Shown piece after piece: positions 59,678 to 64,000 of a DNA stretch of 64,000 bases; position 1 is the first letter of the stretch, and the number at the start of each line of letters is the position of its first letter. A program made the translations under genes and the position numbers. The DNA is from an uncultured Gemmatimonadales bacterium (GTDB lineage Bacteria > Gemmatimonadota > Gemmatimonadetes > Longimicrobiales > RSA9), in NCBI GenBank assembly GCA_963708135.1, contig OY970192.1, forward strand, positions 3,808,001 through 3,872,000, given 5' to 3'. A model generated the notes under the pieces. It had not been told where the DNA came from, did not search any database, and saw only the letters and a program-made list of their open reading frames with translations.

Positions 59678-62381
59678 CTGGGCGGCGGAGGTCCGGCGCC
59701 GCCTCGTCGCCCTGCGGATCGGCGCGGCGGACGAGGCGGAGATCGTGGAGGAGCTGGCGCAGCACCTGGAGGACCGCTACGCGGAGCTGCGCTCGCGCGG
59801 CGAGTCGGAGCCGGAGGCGAGGCGGCTGACGCTGGAGGAGCTGGCGGAGTCCGGCGCGCTGGCGCGGCGGCTGCGGGCGACGCGTCGCCCCACCGGGGAG
59901 CCGGTGCCTCTCGGGGCCGCGCGGGCCGGGGGGCTCGCGGCGCTCTGGTCGGACCTGCGCTACGGGCTCCGCCTGCTCAGGCGCAACCCGGCGTTCACGC
60001 TTGCGGCGGTGCTCACGCTGGCGCTGGGGATCGGCGCGAACACGGCGATCTTCTCGGCGGTGGACGCGGTGATCCTGCGGCCGCTGCCGTTCCCGGATCC
60101 GGGGCGGCTCTTCATGCTGTGGGAGGAGAACCCCGAGAAGGGCTGGCACCAGCAGACGGCGGCGCCGGCCAACTACCTGGACTGGAAGGCGGGCGCACCG
60201 GCGTTCGCGGACATGGCGGCGTACAGCATGGACAACGGCCCGCCCACGGGCGGGGTGGCCCTGAACGACGGCGGCCCTCCGACGGTGCTGAGCCGGGCGG
60301 TGGTGACCGGGAACTTCTTCAGCGTGCTGGGGGCGCACGCGGCGCTCGGGCGGACGCTGCGGCCGGAGGAGACGTGGCAGGGGGCGGAGCACGTGGTGGT
60401 GCTGAGCCACCGGCTCTGGACGGAGCGCTACGGCGGCGCGCGGTCGATACTCGGACGCAGCATCCGGCTGAACGGAGAGAGCTACCGCGTGGTGGGCGTG
60501 ATGCCCTCGGGGTTTGGCTTCCCGGACGAAAGCGTGGATGTGTGGTACCCGCCGCACTGGGATCCGGCTTCACGGACCCAGACGTGGTTCCGCCGCGCGC
60601 ACTGGATCCGCGTGATCGGCCGTCTCCGCCCCGGCGCCACGCCCGGCGAGGCGGACGCGCAGCTCCAGGCGGTGGTCTCCCGCCTCAAGCGCGAGTACCC
60701 GGAGACCAACCGCTACATGGGCGCGGGCATGACTCCGCTGCACCGTTTCCTGGTCGGCGACACGCGCACGCCGCTCCTCGTGCTCCTGGCTGCCGTGGGG
60801 CTGCTGCTGCTCATCGCCTGCGCGAACGTGGGCAACCTGCTGCTGGTGCGGGCGGCGGGTCGGCAGCGAGAGATGGCGGTGCGCAGCGCGCTCGGGGCTG
60901 GGCGGCTCCGGCTCGTGCGCCAGCTCATGACGGAGAGCCTGGCGCTATCGCTCCTGGGCGGCGCGGCGGGGCTGGGTCTCGGGTGGGCGGCGACGCGCGT
61001 GCTCGCCGGCCTCCAGCCCGCGGGCGCGCTGCGCGTGGCGTCCTTCGGCATCGACCTGCGGGTGGTGGGCTACATCGTGGCGGTCACGGCGGGGAGCGGG
61101 CTGCTGTTCGGGCTGCTGCCGTCGCTCTGGAGCGGCCGCGCGGCGCAGGCGGCCGTGCTGCGGGAGGGCGGGCGGCAGGGCGCGCCGGGGCGGAGCGCGC
61201 GGCGGGCGGCGGAGGCGCTGGTCGTGGCCGAGGTCGCGCTCGCGCTGCTGCTGGTGACCGGCGCCGGGCTGCTGGTCCGCAGCTTCTGGCGGCTGGAGCA
61301 CGTCGACCCGGGCTTCGACGCTCGTGGCGTGCTCACGGTCACGCTGGACCTGCCCGACCATCGCTACGGCAATCGCGAGAAGGTGCACACGTTCTACACC
61401 TCGCTGCTCGAGCGCCTGCGGCAGCTCCCTGGAGTGGAGAGCGCCGCGGCTACGTCGGACCTGCCGCTCGAGGGGACCGGCTACACGAGCGACTTCGCCG
61501 TGGCGGGCCGCGGCCCGGACGACTACGGCACGGAGGTGCTGCACCGCGAAGTCACGCCCGGCTACTTCCACACCATGCGGGTGCCGCTCCTGCGCGGTCG
61601 CGCTTTCACGGCCGCGGACCGCCTTGGCTCGGTGCCTGTGGTCCTGATCAACGAGGCGCTGGCGCGGAAATTCTTCCGCGGCGAGGACCCGGTGGGGCAG
61701 CGCGTCGCCTTCGACAAGCACCCGGACTCGACCTCCGTCTGGCGGACGATCGTCGGAGTCGTGGGCGACGAGCGGCAGAGCGGGATGGCGCTGGTGCCGC
61801 ATATCGAGATGATCGAGCCCAACACCGGAGTGGACTGGTCCAGCCACATGTCGATCGTGCTGCGGACCACGGCCCACCCGGCGTCCCTCGGGCCGGCCGT
61901 ACGCGCCGCCGTCCACGACCTCGATCCCGAGCTGCCGCTCATGGGGCTCCGTCCGATGGACGCCATCCAGCGCGACTCGCTCGCCCGCCAGCGCTTCCTC
62001 ATGGCGCTGCTGCTCGGCTTCGCCATCGTGGCGCTGGCCCTCGCGGTCATCGGCGTCTACGGCGTCACCGCGAACATGGCCCGGCAGCGCACGCAGGAGA
62101 TCGGGGTCCGGCTCGCGCTGGGCGCCCGTGCCGGCGACGTCGTCCGCCTCGTGATCCGGCAGGGCCTCTCGCTCGTGGCCGCCGGGGTGCTCGTCGGCGT
62201 GCTGACCGCCCTGGCCGCCACACGGCTCATGGCGGGAATGCTCTTCGACGTGCCGCCCAACGATGCGCCCACCTACCTTGCCGTGGCCGTCCTGCTCGCC
62301 GCGACGGGGCTCGCCGCCTCCTGGCTGCCCGCCCGCCGCGCGAGCCGCGCCGACCCCGCCGTCGCGCTCCGGTCGGAGTAG
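59670..62381 (+). CDS. ABC transporter permease, duplicated MacB/FtsX type (ADOP-like)
   Basis: [25 protein letters not shown] and [10 protein letters not shown] motifs. Confidence 0.92.
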   Translation: MPDWAAEVRRRLVALRIGAADEAEIVEELAQHLEDRYAELRSRGESEPEARRLTLEELAESGALARRLRATRRPTGEPVPLGAARAGGLAALWSDLRYGLRLLRRNPAFTLAAVLTLALGIGANTAIFSAVDAVILRPLPFPDPGRLFMLWEENPEKGWHQQTAAPANYLDWKAGAPAFADMAAYSMDNGPPTGGVALNDGGPPTVLSRAVVTGNFFSVLGAHAALGRTLRPEETWQGAEHVVVLSHRLWTERYGGARSILGRSIRLNGESYRVVGVMPSGFGFPDESVDVWYPPHWDPASRTQTWFRRAHWIRVIGRLRPGATPGEADAQLQAVVSRLKREYPETNRYMGAGMTPLHRFLVGDTRTPLLVLLAAVGLLLLIACANVGNLLLVRAAGRQREMAVRSALGAGRLRLVRQLMTESLALSLLGGAAGLGLGWAATRVLAGLQPAGALRVASFGIDLRVVGYIVAVTAGSGLLFGLLPSLWSGRAAQAAVLREGGRQGAPGRSARRAAEALVVAEVALALLLVTGAGLLVRSFWRLEHVDPGFDARGVLTVTLDLPDHRYGNREKVHTFYTSLLERLRQLPGVESAAATSDLPLEGTGYTSDFAVAGRGPDDYGTEVLHREVTPGYFHTMRVPLLRGRAFTAADRLGSVPVVLINEALARKFFRGEDPVGQRVAFDKHPDSTSVWRTIVGVVGDERQSGMALVPHIEMIEPNTGVDWSSHMSIVLRTTAHPASLGPAVRAAVHDLDPELPLMGLRPMDAIQRDSLARQRFLMALLLGFAIVALALAVIGVYGVTANMARQRTQEIGVRLALGARAGDVVRLVIRQGLSLVAAGVLVGVLTALAATRLMAGMLFDVPPNDAPTYLAVAVLLAATGLAASWLPARRASRADPAVALRSE

Positions 62382-62666
62382 CGGCGAGGCTACACGCGTG
62401 ACCGCGCCGCGCCCGGTTTGGCATTCGCCGGGGCGGTCGCGGTGGCGGTCGCGGCAGCGAGCGAAATCGGGAAACGGAGCTCGGCGCCACCGGCGGCATC
62501 CCAATCTTGACCGGTTTCCGAGACGAAGGGCGCAACGGACGGCGTCGTGTGCGCTCGCGTACCCATTTTCGCTCGGTTTCCGAGACAGATCGGGATGTGG
62601 ACGGCCCGAGTGTGCTCGAGAGCGCAATTTCGCTCGCTCGGCAGGCCGAGCAGATGTCACCGGCGC

Positions 62667-62749
62667 CCATCCCGCGTCCCGCATCCCCCGTCCCGCATCC
62701 CAGTTCCCGCGTCCCGCGTCGCGCATCCCGCATCCCGCGTCCCGTCCCA
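62667..62749 (+). repeat. Heptamer tandem repeat (TCCCGCA/TCCCGCG)
   Basis: About 11 imperfect units; reverse complement of the TGCGGGA unit seen at 32931 and 51961. Confidence 0.85.
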
Positions 62750-62785
62750 CGGAACGCCCCATGCACCAGGGGTGTTCTCAATGCA

Positions 62786-63604
62786 ATGACCCATGACGAC
62801 GGACGCATGCACGACTTCGACGCGGACGGCCTGACCGACCTGCACAACCACCTGATCCCGGGCGTGGATGATGGTGCCCGGGACGCCGAGGAATCCCTCC
62901 GCTGGCTGCGCCTCATGTGGGCCGACGGTGTGACCCGTCTGGCCACGAGCCCCCATCTCTTCGGCTGGCTCACGCAGGAGGAGTCGGGCACCTTCGAGCG
63001 CCGGCTGCGCGACCTCGAGCAGGCGTTCGCGGAGCTGCAGAGCGCCGTCGCCGGGCGCGACGACGTGCCGGCGCTCCACTTCAGCCAGGAGATCCTCGTC
63101 CCCACGCCCGAGGTCGCCCAAGCCGTGTTCGGGCATCCCGACGTCGGCGTGCGCGGTACCCGCTACGCGCTGTGCGAGTTCGGCTTCGATCCCGAGGGCG
63201 ATCCATGCGACGTCGTGGCCGCCGTCCGCGCTCAGGGCCGCACCCCGATCATTGCCCACCCGGAGCGCTACCGGCGCGATGGCGGCCGCATCCCGATCGA
63301 GGAGATGCGGCGCTGGAAGGAGGCCGGCGCGCTGCTCCAGGTGAACGGCGGCAGCCTTCTCGGGGACTACACGAAGAGCATCGAGCACACCGCCTGGCGG
63401 CTGATCGAGGAGGGGCTGGCCGACCTCGTCTCGAGCGACCACCACGCGGACTCGCGCCCGGTCTCCCCGCGCGCCGTCGGCCGCGCGCTCGCCCGGCGCG
63501 GCGCCGGCGAGCAGGCGCGGCTGCTGCTGGCGGAGAACACTGGACGCGTGCTGGACGACCGGGATCTGCTGCCGGTGCCGGGGTTGACCGCCCGCGCGGC
63601 GTGA
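62786..63604 (+). CDS. CpsB/CapC family PHP-domain tyrosine phosphatase
   Basis: DLHNHLIPGVDDG, ATSPH, IAHPERY and SSDHH motifs. Confidence 0.9.
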   Translation: MTHDDGRMHDFDADGLTDLHNHLIPGVDDGARDAEESLRWLRLMWADGVTRLATSPHLFGWLTQEESGTFERRLRDLEQAFAELQSAVAGRDDVPALHFSQEILVPTPEVAQAVFGHPDVGVRGTRYALCEFGFDPEGDPCDVVAAVRAQGRTPIIAHPERYRRDGGRIPIEEMRRWKEAGALLQVNGGSLLGDYTKSIEHTAWRLIEEGLADLVSSDHHADSRPVSPRAVGRALARRGAGEQARLLLAENTGRVLDDRDLLPVPGLTARAA

Positions 63605-63640
63605 CGGCCGACCCGCCCTCCCCCCGACCCAAGCCATAAT

Positions 63641-63670
63641 GAGAAGGTCCACCTCGAGAAGGTCCACCTC
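63641..63670 (+). repeat. Perfect 15-bp tandem duplication
   Basis: GAGAAGGTCCACCTC x2. Confidence 0.85.
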
Positions 63671-63745
63671 GGTCGCCCGGCGGCCGCCGCCTGGAAGTCG
63701 GAGTTGCGGCCCCGGAGCATCCCCCGAGCCCCGGACCCACAGCCC

Positions 63746-64000
63746 CTAATCCCGCTCGCCGCCCCCCAGCCGCTCGCCCGTCCGCGCCTCGAAGCGATGG
63801 ACCTTCTGCTCCGGCAGGCGGATCCCGACCCGCGCGCCCACGTCAGGCGACGCCTCCGCCGCCACCACCACGCGGAACGCCTCGTCCCCGTCCGCCGCAT
63901 CCTCGAGCCGCACGTGGACCAGCGCCTCCGCCCCGAGCAGCTCGACCACCTCGACCGTGCCCGCCAGCTCCCCGTCCCCCTCCCCGACCAGCTCCGCGTC
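63746..64000 (-). CDS. C-terminal TOBE domain of a sugar/G3P ABC transporter ATPase (MalK/UgpC-like), partial
   Basis: GTVEVVELLGAEALVHV...KVHRFEARTGERL. Confidence 0.75.
   Translation of the reverse strand, partial: DAELVGEGDGELAGTVEVVELLGAEALVHVRLEDAADGDEAFRVVVAAEASPDVGARVGIRLPEQKVHRFEARTGERLGGGERD

Overview
High-GC bacterial chromosomal window. The gene repertoire (PadR/duplicated orphan permease pairs, SusC/SusD, PorX-like regulator, Hanks-type kinases with beta-propellers) suggests Gemmatimonadota; this is inference. Left part (1-21.9 kb): glgA/glgM-type glycosyltransferase running off the left edge, iorAB-like molybdoenzyme, PadR + permease, two uncharacterised envelope proteins, a SusC/SusD pair, a lipase, an M28 peptidase and an MFS transporter. 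Middle part (22-38.5 kb): an accessory, decaying region ending at a tRNA-Glu(CTC)/tRNA-Val(CAC) pair. It holds a SARP regulator, two Ser/Thr kinases (one broken, one apparently a two-gene fusion), a DUF6036-like nucleotidyltransferase pair and several gene fragments. It also holds an IS91/ISCR-type transposase remnant, with two oriIS-like direct repeats bracketing a small cargo gene. Right part: an M6 metalloprotease and a long minus-strand LPS/lipid A cluster (Kdo kinase-like, three GT9, PorX/PglZ response regulator, MsbA, LpxL, GT2, DUF3108, deoxyhypusine-synthase-like protein). These are followed by an aldo/keto reductase, a glpA-like gene, a CxxC-rich hypothetical protein, a second PadR + permease pair, a PHP phosphatase and a partial ABC ATPase. 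The most unusual non-coding signal is a small array of 39-bp palindromic repeats with unique 22-23-bp spacers at 57735-57905, directly downstream of the CxxC-rich gene. No cas genes or integrase were seen. All calls come from reading motifs by eye; no database searches were run.
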